A stretch of DNA of 54,867 bases, the filler included, from Sphacelaria rigidula (lineage: Eukaryota), in assembly GCA_964200075.2 (NCBI GenBank). It is 4 parts of 4 records of this genome, joined end to end, with 100 filler letters (N's around TTAATTAATTAA, not from the genome) between each part and the next. Parts side by side here need not be neighbours in the genome. Positions count along the whole stretch, not along the records: positions 27,487 to 41,127 come from CAXNAA020002750.1; positions 41,228 to 54,867 come from CAXNAA020002751.1; 2 more parts are not named here. One strand, given 5' to 3'. Every line of letters begins with the position of its first letter. Position 1 is the first letter of the stretch. This document shows, one piece after another, positions 35,806-47,800 of this stretch. Made by a program: the position numbers and the translations under genes. The notes below the pieces were generated by a model that worked only from the letters and a program-made list of their open reading frames with translations, was not told the origin of the DNA and did no database searches.

Positions 35806-36978
35806 AAGGGTAGTGATACTTGTAAAATTGTGTCAATCATCCTAGAACGCAGCCCAACGACGGTTAACTAGCCTCGTTTGTACGACTGCTCCTGTTTCAC
35901 CTCTCCCGTACTTGGAGCGTGGAACATCGGGATCCACTTTTTTTCGGCATGTAGCAGTACAACGCCACCTCTATCTCATCCATGACCTCTCCTCAATAGA
36001 GAGCTTGGCCTACACAAACCGCCGACTGTGCGTATTTCATTGTCATATAGCTTGTTGAACCATGAAACGTCGATCGGCCGTCTCTTTGATAATCGGAAGT
36101 GACGTCCCGGCCTATGTTCCCAATAATAGATGCAAGGCTTATGCCACCTGATTACGAATCTCCTACTACGTGCTCTAGTTCGAATTAGAGATACTGGTGT
36201 GTGTTGTTGTGTGTGTGTGGTGTCGTCCCATTTATTCTGGGCGCCAGTCTACCCCTTTCGGGATGTGTGGGCGCATCAGCCGGGGTCACNNNNNNNNNNT
36301 TTTTTATTTGTTTTTAGTACCCCACCTTCCTTCTGCGGTGCTTGCCTTTTTATTTTTTATCGCGAGAAACTGTTGTACACATTGCTTCAACAAATCAAAC
36401 ATGCTTTATCGACAGCCACCCAATAGGTTGCATCGTGAAATCCCCATGTCATGTCGAAGTTCATGTACGGTGGGAAGGTACCCTACCGGTCAGGTACTAT
36501 CTCCAAGAATCGAACCGTCACCGTCGTCAGTTTTTCCTTTCATAGAGAAAAAAATTGCGCTTGCTTCGGACCACAAGGATTGGATTTTCATTGGTTCCGA
36601 TTTTTTCCGAGTCGTTGTTGGGCCATGTTATAAAATGGTTGCACACACAACCGGCATGTTCCCAGGTGGCTGGAGCAGGTGTAAGGTGATCGTTAGCATT
36701 ATTTCGAATCTCAGACCGAGGAAAGATTCGAGCGGGAACTTGACGGTTGGAACCTACGTCACACTCTGCGTAGATCTCAACAGTCTCATGCGATAACGAA
36801 CTCGAACTACTGTGACCCACGACGTGTTGTGTTCGTCTCGACATGGAAAGGCGTGACACCACACGCGAGTCATCAACCGGCGCATTTAGCCTCGATACTA
36901 ATCCGTCTCGGGCTCGTGAACCATATTTCAGGGGCATCATCTGCTGACAATTTTTTTCAGGTAATTTTACCGCCGTTA

Positions 36979-37448
36979 GGCGACTTCTCATGTATGAAAA
37001 AATAAGTCTTGTTGAAAAGTACACGCTTGACCCTTCTCAATCGTTTTTCGCCCGAAAAGAGGGCCAGGCGGATGTTGACACCTTGGAATGACTTGCTGCG
37101 CTCGTTGAGACTATTCCAGAGTACCTTTGCGTTTTCCGTAGGTCACAGTTCTGTTTGTGACCAAACTTGCATTTTCAACAACAAACGGTCAACCTATCAA
37201 AAAACAGGGTAAAACCTGCCATTTTTCTGATAACTTGACCGTTTGTTGTTGAAAATGCAAGTTTGGTCAAAAGCAAAACTGCTACTTGCGGGAAACGCAA
37301 AGGTGCTCTAGAACGGTCTCAACGAGCACAGCAAGTCATTCCAAGGTGTCAGCGTCCGCCTGGCCCTATTTTCGGACGAAAAACGACGGAGAAGGGTCAA
37401 AACTGTACTTTTCAAAAATATATATTTTTTCATACATCAGAAGTAGCC
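36979..37448. mobile_element. Harbinger/Tourist-like fold-back element, 470 bp, TSD TTA
   Basis: TTA|GGCGACTTCT ... AGAAGTAGCC|TTA; ~230-bp arms with almost no spacer. Confidence 0.85.
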
Positions 37449-40400
37449 TTAGGCTGAGTTTTCGAATGATTGATATTCCTTGACTTGAGTGTGGATGACG
37501 AGAATCGGAATTTTAGTGGGGCTGACAGTCCAGTGTGTTCCTCGCGTGCACAGAACGCGTTTTCGTTGAAATCGGCGCCACAGGCGTCCATGTGGCGTCT
37601 AACACGGCCGCACTTTGCCTACGGAATGTATGTTTCGCCCTTGCCCGAGGATTCTCGGTATGCGTTGGGTTGGGGTTAGGGTTAGGGGTAGCGATACTTG
37701 TGAAATTGTGTCAACCATTCTAAAACGTAGCCTAACGAAGGTTAACTAGCCTCTCATCATGCTACACGTCAACGTGTCGCGCACCAATTCGAAGGTTCAT
37801 ATGACCATCTTTCGAGTAAAGGGTTGACTCTCAATCCGATCTGCTACTCTCAATCTCACCAAAACATTCTTGGCATGTGCCCAAGTCGTTTGGGCTATTG
37901 TCGCGCAGAAGAAAAAACGCCCCTTCTTTACCACACATGAAACCAGCCGGTTCCCATCTGAAACTTCCATGTTTTTTATCTTGGTTTCCTAAGAGCAAGA
38001 GCGATCGATTAATGCAAATGAAAAAACAGGACTACCAAGATCACTACTACTTTTTATAGTGGGAAATTTGAGCTTGAAACTAGGGGGGGGGGGGCGTACT
38101 CATGTGTTGCTTGCTTTAGTCGTTTGACCATTGATCACGCATCCCTTCCGAGACTAAGGGGGAGGTGAAGCGGCGGGTATTTCTCCCACCTCTCCTCTCT
38201 GTATACTGTACTTTTTAATAACCCATGACCCATGTACGTACACCAAAAGATAGTCACATCGTGAGCTTACAACTAACTTGTCATCACATCATTTGCGATC
38301 GAATATAATATTTTTTCAATATGGAGGCGGAAGAGACTGCATCCACAGCAAAACCGCCCTGAAGTGGAGGACCCTCACGTATGCCACTATTTTAGCGCAA
38401 CAAAAAGCGTGCAATTCATTCATCTGCCCTTCACCAACCGCTGTACTACGCACGGGCATCCTCAACGATTCTTGAAAGAACGCCGCGACACGCCTCATCA
38501 AGGTAAAATCGGATGTGTCCGATCCAAACATGCGGACCCTCTCCATACACCCGCTCTCTCCGGACCCACGACAAAGCATTGCACAAAACTGCAGAACAAC
38601 GATCACAGCTAAACAATGGAGCCTTGACGCGCCTCTTCATATTTCCAGTTAACTATTAGTCCACCTATACCTGTTTCTATATGGAGCGTGACATGAGTGC
38701 TCCGGGGAGATTGATGGATCGAAAGTAAGCTTGTACTTCCTATGCTAGCGCGGTTTTTGACATAATCGTTCATCTTGAAAATAATGATGGGCCGTTTTTT
38801 TGTAAAAACCGTGCCAGCATAATAATGAGTAGAGGCCTAATCCAAAGCGTGAACCAACGGCTCATACACGGCACAACTGCTAACTTTGCCATGCTCCAGA
38901 GATCACAGCGTAAATCAACCGTCAGCCCAGACACAAAACAAACCTCTTGGCCCATGCCACCTGTACGCTGATGGGCAAGAGTCAACTCAGCAGCCGCTTT
39001 CCGTTGCGTACAACGAGTGGTGCTGCTGAAATTCCACTGTGTATACAGCATATATATATGTATATAATGTCAAACGACAAGCATGCAAGTACGACTGCTT
39101 TGCACCCGACTGTACAAAAACTACCGGAAGAGACTTCCTGCACCCGCGGTCTTGAGATTTTGGAGTCCAACTTTTGAAAGTATCATTATCTCATTGATTG
39201 GTCGAACTTTAATTTAAAGAAGACGACCGTGTAAGTCGTACTGTACTGTCTGTATACTATGCAATGACTTCATTATTCAATGATTCACTAGTATATGTAG
39301 TGGCACGCAGTTTTGAAATGAGGGAATTGTGTCAATCTGTACTCCATGCCTTAAACCGATCCCGAAATCTTACCCCTAGCCTCCGGTCTTGTCTCCAGGT
39401 CTTTTCTGCCCCAATACTCTCCAACGACACCATACACAGAGGTTTCTCGGCACATCAGAATAACTAGTCGAGAGTAGTGTCGACCAACCTGAAAACAGCA
39501 TTGTCACACTTCGCTCTCATCAGCTGTCGAGAACGAAAGCCACAGGAGATTCCACCCACTTCCCCCCTGCGTGGTCCGGCGAAAACCCGGTGTGCTCGTT
39601 CTTGGCTTCGTCGGGATGCGAGGTCAAGGGCATTAGAGCTACGGCATGCGAAATCATGAGTACACCTTCCTCCCTCCCCCGCGAAAATAAAAAACAAACT
39701 AAGCGAAAATTTCAAGATCCACCGCGTGAGATTATCCTTGTCCAAAAGTCATTCCGCCACAAAGGACCATGAATCACGTCAGCCGTCGACCAAGAATTAT
39801 CAGCCAATCAGAAACCCACTACTTATTTTGGCAGCCCAGAAAAATTCTTACCGCTTTCAGTCCGCCTCTGTCAGCTAGCTGAATCCAGTTCAAAACGTTT
39901 GACCAATAAAAAAGAAAACTGACCGCGAGTACTCATACTACCTGTGTAAATAAAAAAAATAAAAACTGGCAACGCGAGCACGAAAAGATAACCGCGCCAT
40001 AAGAGAAGAAAACGGTGCCACAGTTGCAAGACATGTGTTACCCTTAGAGAAATATATTCAAGACGCACCCACCTACAGTTCAGTAGTAGATTCGTCACCT
40101 TCCATACTGTAGCAAAAATCACACTGCCTAGTCATATATATATATATATTCTCCTCAATTTCTAGATTATGTAATCATTCACTCAGCGTCACGTCATTTT
40201 CCAGGCGTCAGATATCGATACTCGAGCATGTGCATATTACACTTCATTTTAAAAACTCGAAACGTCATTTCAGTTTCTTCATGTTTTGGGCTACTTGCTT
40301 CAGGATCAAGACCATGTACTCTGTTGAATCAAGCGAAAACCACAGGAGTACTGCTTCCCATTTTGAACATCTCCGGAACCCACCCACCCCAAGAACTCAC

Positions 40401-41127
40401 TCGACGCAGTCAACCCCGTGCTCACGCAGACCATTGATCGCCTACAGATAAAGAAGCCAAGCATCACGATATTTCTACAACTACACAAAAAGTACACCGT
40501 ATGCTTATGCATATATACACTCTAAAACGTCCAATCAGAACCGACACCTTGCGCCAGAACGAGATTGAATTAGAACTGGAGCAGGTAATAAGTTCACACA
40601 CACACACGCACACGCACACACACACAAACACATAACCGGAGTTCAGGAAAATCTCACCACGTCTTTCCAAGAAAAACCAAACGCATGGCTCCGCTCGTTG
40701 TCCGGGTCAAGCGGGAGCCCTGTTCGGAGAGGTGTCATCCAACCCTCCTGCCGGCTTCCCTCACACACCACAGAGTACTCTACACGCACTCATTAATGTA
40801 ACCACCCGAACATGAGCACCAAGAAATATAAACGATACATACATACCCGACCAAAAACACGCAATACAACTGGAGGATAGTAATTCAACGGGCGCGATTA
40901 CTTCCGAGTGTCTTCGGGAGACAAGTTTTACTATAGTACAAAAATAGGTGTGTGTGTACGTGTGTACTTGTGTGCGGAGGGGGGGGGGTGTACTCATGAT
41001 CTCGTCATCATGCATGCCATAGTCATAAGACCATTGACCTCGCATCCCTACAAAGCCGGGACGGAGCGCGCCGGATTTTCGCCGGACCAGGCTTGCACTC
41101 AAACCACCAAGCGCGAAGCGCCGTGGT

Positions 41128-41227
41128 NNNNNNNNNNNNNNNNNNNNNNNNNNNNNNNNNNNNNNNNNNNNTTAATTAATTAANNNNNNNNNNNNNNNNN
41201 NNNNNNNNNNNNNNNNNNNNNNNNNNN
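41128..41227. other. Assembly gap with artificial spacer
   Basis: N-run, TTAATTAATTAA, N-run. Confidence 0.95.
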
Positions 41228-41507
41228 GTGTGACCTCTCCGACTACCTTGCCACGTACTGGTGTACACACAAAGTAGTAACAGCGAGTTGAGTGAGCCGA
41301 TAATCGAAATTGTCGCATAGAACAGAGACCAATCCCAAAAGTAGATCTACTGTCTGGAGTGCTGTTCCGATACTTTTGTGAAATCGTGCTGCGCGACCTT
41401 AAACAAGCATCCATCAGATACGCTTGTGGCACTGTTGTGTGTCGTGTCGCGCTTAATGACCCAGACTCACACTTCGCAGCGGATACGTCATTGCACTCAT
41501 TGCTTGC

Positions 41508-41605
41508 CTTCGGGAAGAGGAGCAAGCAGAGATTCCTCTGCAATCCACAAGTACTGCTCATCTTCAGGTAGTTGCATGCCCATCATCACGGCGTGCTCCC
41601 GTACG
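41508..41605 (-). CDS. Exon encoding a CEP164-like pre-WW motif
   Basis: CAG|c VREHAVMMGMQLPEDEQYLWIAEESLLAPLPE g|GCAAG. Matches the A..LG....D..L.WIA.E.L.APLP.GW motif that precedes CEP164-type WW domains. GC donor. Confidence 0.78.
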
Positions 41606-41761
41606 CTGTGCAGCGTTTTGGATATCACAAGAGGCGAAGATATGGACAGGAGACCGCACTGGGTGTCAAAAGCAGTAGGCAATACGATTCACGCAACTGA
41701 GAAGCAAGCTCGAACGGAGTGGCCTACATTACAGCGGTAAACCGTAGCGCCATCAACTCAC

Positions 41762-41865
41762 CCTTGCTTGAAAACATCAGCGGGTACGCTCTTGGGCTCG
41801 TGAAGATCTTCGCGAGCGGCGTGCGAGTGGCTAAACTCTTCGAAGGCCAAGTTGAGCAGACGGTT
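41762..41865 (-). CDS. Upstream exon of the same CEP164-like WW gene
   Basis: NRLLNLAFEEFSHSHAAREDLHEPKSVPADVFKQ gg|GTGAGT; phase 2 fits the next exon. Acceptor position uncertain. Confidence 0.55.
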
Positions 41866-42471
41866 CTTCGAGGCAGGGGCTCCGCGGTCCAGCAGGGACG
41901 GAGAAGGCGGCACCGAAGGGACAGAAGACGCCTCCATCTTCGCGACATTGTGCACTCCAGCGTACTTACGTTTGCCGTGCGCTGCCTAGAGTTGTTGGTG
42001 TCGTCACTGGCTTCGGTGATTTCATTATATTGCTTCACAGGACAGTACACAAACAGCGTAGTACACAGTGCTGTACCATACAACCATTGCGAAATGCAGT
42101 GGAGCCGGTACAGAGAATTGCTACATGGTGCGTGTCATGAAGGAAAGAGGCGGTGTCGCATTTTCTGATATTAGAATCAGCACCTTGTTGATTTATGACG
42201 GTTTCAAAATAATTAGACTCTCTGTTTCGCAGACCCGTTCATCAGTATCGCCACCACCGAGGTAGTAACATCTCCTGGTGATGGCCCATTGCTGACAACT
42301 AGGCACTGCTGGGACCCCGCCAACAGACACAGTCTTTGGCGCTGCGTCTGGATGAATCCTATCTTGGTGACCACGATGAGAATAGTAGTATCGAATAAAG
42401 AATACAAGCTATCAACGACATGAACTTAAGTTTCTTGTGTGTTCCGCTGGTGGTACAAGGATACTCGTACA

Positions 42472-42473
<2 letters not shown>

Positions 42474-42541
<68 letters not shown>

Positions 42542-42546
42542 GTGTG
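42474..42546. repeat. (GT)n microsatellite
   Basis: Seen directly in the sequence. Confidence 0.95.
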
Positions 42547-44839
42547 ATAATTCGCTGTTCGACGTATATACTCCGGTCTGCCGAGCTATAAGGCTATTGA
42601 ACCGTCATTTTCGCTCCAGGGTTGCCATCCCCGCAACCAGCGCTGCTCTTATATTCCTGGATCACTTTGCTGACTGCCAAGTAAGGGTTGACCCCTTTTT
42701 TGGAATCGTTGATGGGAAAATGATCATTTGCTATTTTAACGTTTTCTCGGCGAGACATCGTTGTTTTTCTGCAACTAGTTAATCAGCCATATGTACTTCG
42801 TTTGTTCTTCATCATTTATCCCTGTTTCGCTTGTATCGCATTTTGTGAGTTTTAATCTGGATCTATTTTGTTTTCTTGTTTTTTTTGCCAGCCTGTGACC
42901 ACGGAAGGCGTCCGCATCAGATGCCCAGTACGAATGTAGTAGCGCGCAGATATCGAAACGGTTCTTGATGTGAAGACGACGACAACAACAACAACAACAA
43001 CAACAACAACGAGTTACTGCTGTTGATACAGCCCACCAAAACGGTGCGCACCAGTCTACGAGTAAGTTCAAGTTTACTAATGTGAAAGATTCGTGCACAG
43101 AAATCGAAGCGACTTTTTCTCGATGGCGAAAGCTCGCACATGGGAGCTTGTATTGCTTTTCACGAGTTCCAAAAGGGTTGTCATGTAATGTGCTGAGAGG
43201 TTCTACGGTGGTAGGGGTACCGAATTTTTTTGGGCTCTGCACTTTATGAGCCTCTCGATGACCAACATCTGGGGCTTCGTGTGCAGCCGAAGAAAACTTT
43301 TGAACTGAAAAGGGCACCCTTACCGTGGAATCACTCTGCTGACTCTTGTCAAGAGCGTGGTACTGTACCACCTATGCAGGTGAGCGCCTCTGTATTTCTT
43401 CTTCTCGCAAAGAAACCATGTAAGAGTGAAGTGCAGTAGAATCGAACCCCGGGACGAAAGTTTGTTAGATGCTAGCCCTGATAGCTCCAAGTATCATTTT
43501 CTCGGCCGCGCTATCGATTATCAGTAAGTAAGTTGTACCTTCATCGTATGCACGAATCTCTGCTCCACTTCTTCGCCGTCATGAGGGCCGCTATAAATAA
43601 GGAGACGGTTGTGTGCCGTATGCTACATCGCACGTGAATTTTTCATTCCTCCCTGCGGATAGATGGCGGGTCCATGAGCCGTCATCTTGTGAAAGTCTGA
43701 AAATAAGCTGGACAGGAGGGTGGATATCCGAACTTCCGGCGGAACGTGTGCAGCATTTACACGACTGATCCACCAATAGCGAACAAGAAAGCGCACTCAA
43801 CATGATGACACGTACGGCCTCTTCACTTCGAGACAGTCGTGCGCATATCTCACCTCTCAACGGTCTGACAAAAATGTTCACCTTCATTCTGCCGCCTGGA
43901 TACACCATGGTGGGGTGCACTCCTACGCAAGCAACGTACACGATGCAATCACCAACAGCAACGCTGTGGCAGAACATCAAAAAAAGGGTGCCCCCTTCAG
44001 AATCGGGTCGCCTGCCTACTCAAAAAAGCAAATGGTATTTGAAGTTAAATGTCAACAAAATCCCTTCCGTTTTCACCATGACTGGTCCAGGACCGCATCT
44101 ATCTAGTTGGTCGACTTACTGCCCATGCCCAGTCGTCCGAGGCCCGAAAGGAAAGGAAACTCTAGAAATACCAACAAGTCGCTAGCGCCCGTACGGAACG
44201 TGCAATCAACGCCTGACATAGACCCGCTCTCCCCCTATAAAATATTCAAAAACACTACATGGTTTTGACCACACAATTACCTCAATTCAGGGATAGCAAG
44301 TTCCCGCGTGAGATCGCGTCGACGGCCCGCAATGACACAGGTAATGAAACAGCGCAATATCGGAACATAATACACCGACAACGCCACCTATGCAACGGCT
44401 CTTCTCCACCTACTTCGCGTGCCTTTCGGTATGCATCTCGATTTCGGGTCGTGGGAAACATGGTAATGGGAAAGTGCAGCTTACTCGTACTGCCACACAA
44501 CCGGTTCAAGTTCTTCGAGCACTACACGAGGGCTACTCTACGGCAAAGTTCGTCGAGTCGAATACTTGAAGTAACACGTAGCCTCGACACTCCTCGCCCC
44601 CAACGGAGACTTGAAATTCTGCCAACACAAAACGCTGCAGCAGGCGCCTGACTGATTGCTATTTCCACTCCCTCCAAAAACAACCCTCGCTATTCCTCTT
44701 GATAAATGACAAACCACTTCACAGGAAATATCTGCACCCAGGGAAGCTTACTTGTGCAAGTTGTGTGCCGAGTGCATCATCACACATCGCACTGCATGTT
44801 TGCATCGACATTTGAGCGCTGGCCCGTAAACATGTCGAG

Positions 44840-47800
44840 CTATGGCTCTGGCACTGTCTTGAATCCTGGCACCAGTTTCGCCAGCATTTCGCCCACCTCG
44901 TCGAACTCGAGAAGACCCTCTTTCCGCTTCAGGAGCTGCCGATTAGACAACACAAACAGCAAGTCAGCATCGGAGTAAGCTGCAGACGACAAGGATAATG
45001 ACAAGACTGACAGAAAGTCCTTTTAAAGTGCGTCTATCAAACGTGTGCCAAACGTGTGCGGAGAGTACGGCATCCCACGTGCTCACTTCATTTACGAGTA
45101 TATTTGCGGGAACACTGAGGGTTCAATACCGTGGTACTCACCTTGCCATTTACAACATTTTTCAACCGGCGTTTGCACTTCGTCCCACAGTTCAAGTAGC
45201 TCACAGACAATATTTCAACGTGTAGTCGTTCACGAACCGCATATATTGAAATACAAGGGGCAAATACGTGGTTTATCGGCGGCCACCCGCGGAGGTCCCG
45301 CATTCTTGCTGTATTCGACCAGCACACACACACATGCACGCACCTGTCCTTCGTTGAACACAGCCATCATAGGCAAACCCCTTGCTTTGTAATTGTTCAT
45401 CAAGTCCTTGTGCGTGTCGCAATCAATTTTCACCACCTGCGCACAGTAACACCCGAAATTCAAGGGCAAAGCGGCAGGTTACCACGGCACGAAGCGGCAG
45501 GATACTACGGCACGGGAAGCACTCCCGCGATGGCGATTCACTGTGCATACAAAGTTGAGGAAGGTCGCCTTTGTCAAGAGTATCAATGAGAGAGGTCTGG
45601 TGAGCAGCAGGCCATGTCGTCTTCCTCCTGGCCTAATTGCAAGTAATCATAAAGCACCAACATTGCCGGGGTTGCTACTTCGACCTATGCCGACTAAGGC
45701 ATTGCGTTCATCGCTTCGACTCCGAGTACGCCAACAGGAAACGCACCCGCCTTCTCCGGAAGCGACTGATGTGTGTCGGCAGGTATCTCCTGGTGAATCA
45801 AGGCATATTTTCTTTCTTCTTCTTGGTGTGGCAGCAAAGACCTATAAATGGGATCTCTACAAGAAGCGACGAAGAGGTCTACTTGTTGAGGAGCTACGCC
45901 ATGTCAGTTAAACAGCGCAGGAAGTAAATATCAACAACAGTTTGACGCGCATGCAGTAGAAATATTAAAAACAGAGGAACTGTGCCCATGACAGAGCGTG
46001 CCTTCAGGGTTCCGTCGTACGCATCCGCCAGCGAGTCCATGACCGGCGCCAGCAGCTTACACGGAGCGCACCAGCTGAGGAATGGAAACCACGGAGAAAA
46101 CACACACACACAAGTTGATAAGTCAAGGTCAGTGCCATGCAGGGGCGTATCCATCCGCGACCTCATGTCACCAGAAAATGGGTAGCGAGCGTACTTCAAT
46201 AACGTACAATGGAAAAACACCAAAGGTCAGTCGCGACATACACAAGCTAGCAGCGGAGCGGAATTGTGAAGTTGTAACAGGTGCATTCGCCAAGGTGAGA
46301 TGCGTAAACATGTTCAGAGCCGTACGGAGGTCTCCGTTGTTGTCCCTGTGTGCGTTTCATGAGCCGAAGGCAACATGTAGCTAGAATCATCGCAAGTCTT
46401 GATCAGAGCCGTACGGAGGTCTCCGTTGTTGTCCCTGTGTGCGTTTCATGAGCCGAAGGCAACATGTAGCTAGAATCATCGCAAGTCTTGATGTGCATCA
46501 CAGTGGATACTCCTAGGTACGTTGTTGGATACCCAATCGCAACACAAGCGTAACGATCAAGAACGTTATTTTCCGTTTCCCATGTACTCAGCTATTAGGG
46601 GGAACCCGGATCAAGGTTTTTTACCTGTTCCTCGAAAACGGAGCCAGCTCAACGCACGTAAGCGGCGGGTCGGTTGGCCCTTTCAAATCTCCTGGAAAAC
46701 ATTTGCTACCGAGACTTGTCGCATACGTTCGAAAACATGTCCCAAAATGTCTTTACCAGGTACTCCCTGCCAGGTACACGCTGGTACTAGTGCCACATAT
46801 TCTGCACCCCTTACTTTGAACATACCAGCTAGACCGACCGACTCTGACACATGAAAGCACGGAGACAAGATACTACGATAAGGTGGTGAAACGCTTCGCT
46901 GCATCGCTATGGTCATGGCCTCCAACAACGCCACGACTTGCGAACCACCACATATTGAGGCGTTACGTTATAAACTTGCAGTTTCAAATCGCGGTCATGC
47001 GTGGGACTGGAGTTTGCAGGGGTTACACTTACACTCATCGCGTGTTTCACCAGAGTTGAGACAAATAGTTGCAACATTGGTCCCGTGAATACAACACAAA
47101 TTTTCAAGTTCGGATCCAGTACCGAAGTGTCGCTAGTCGGCATTCATTACAAACGCTGCGTGTTTGTGTGACATGTGTAACATCAAACCCGTAACCCGTA
47201 CCAGTGTGCGAAGTGACCGGCGCAATAGGTCCTCAAGACAGATTCTACATTAAATCCACGTGTGTGCTAGTATGCTATATACCGTTTTGATATTTCACAT
47301 GCCCCCTATCGTTCTGTGCGTGACGTCCTCAACGCGTGTTCCCTGGCGTCCTTGATCAAAACGGAAAACTCAGGGTTGGCAGCCAAACCACTAGACCAGA
47401 AGGGGGTGCGGAGAAGAGGAGGGAAAGGAGAGACGGGGCTAAGGTTTGTCTCGTAGGCCTGTCGGGGCGAGGGGTTGCCTCGTGGGCGTGATCCTGCCTT
47501 GGGTTGATACCGAGAGATGTAAAATAGCAGAATCCAGAAAATGCCTAAAATGTGACAGTAGCCGCCGCAATCGGCCGTCACCAGGATAAGCGGGGTCACA
47601 TGCGGTACACGTTTACGCAGGCGAGATGTGAAGGATAGGAGGGGCGTCATGGTCGCTATATGTGATTGATGCTGGATGGCGGTACTCTTTACAATAATGA
47701 GTTTAGTACATACACGCGGCTGAGCGTGACTGGCATCGCTATGCAGCAGCTGCAAAACATGTCCATTTATGTGTCTACACCTAGCCTCGGGATGTACTCC

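Larger units (their letters stand above)
35015..37866. mobile_element. Large inverted-repeat element, ~385-bp arms, TGT...ACA ends, with nested insertions
   Basis: 35015-35400 is the reverse complement of ~37484-37866. A third partial arm lies at 35461-35872. No TSD seen and no transposase recognised. Confidence 0.75.

Noticed and set aside
39478-39535. Hammerhead ribozyme (CTGATGAG..CGAA on the - strand)
   Set aside because: The core reads GAAG rather than GAAA, and stems I and III cannot be formed convincingly.
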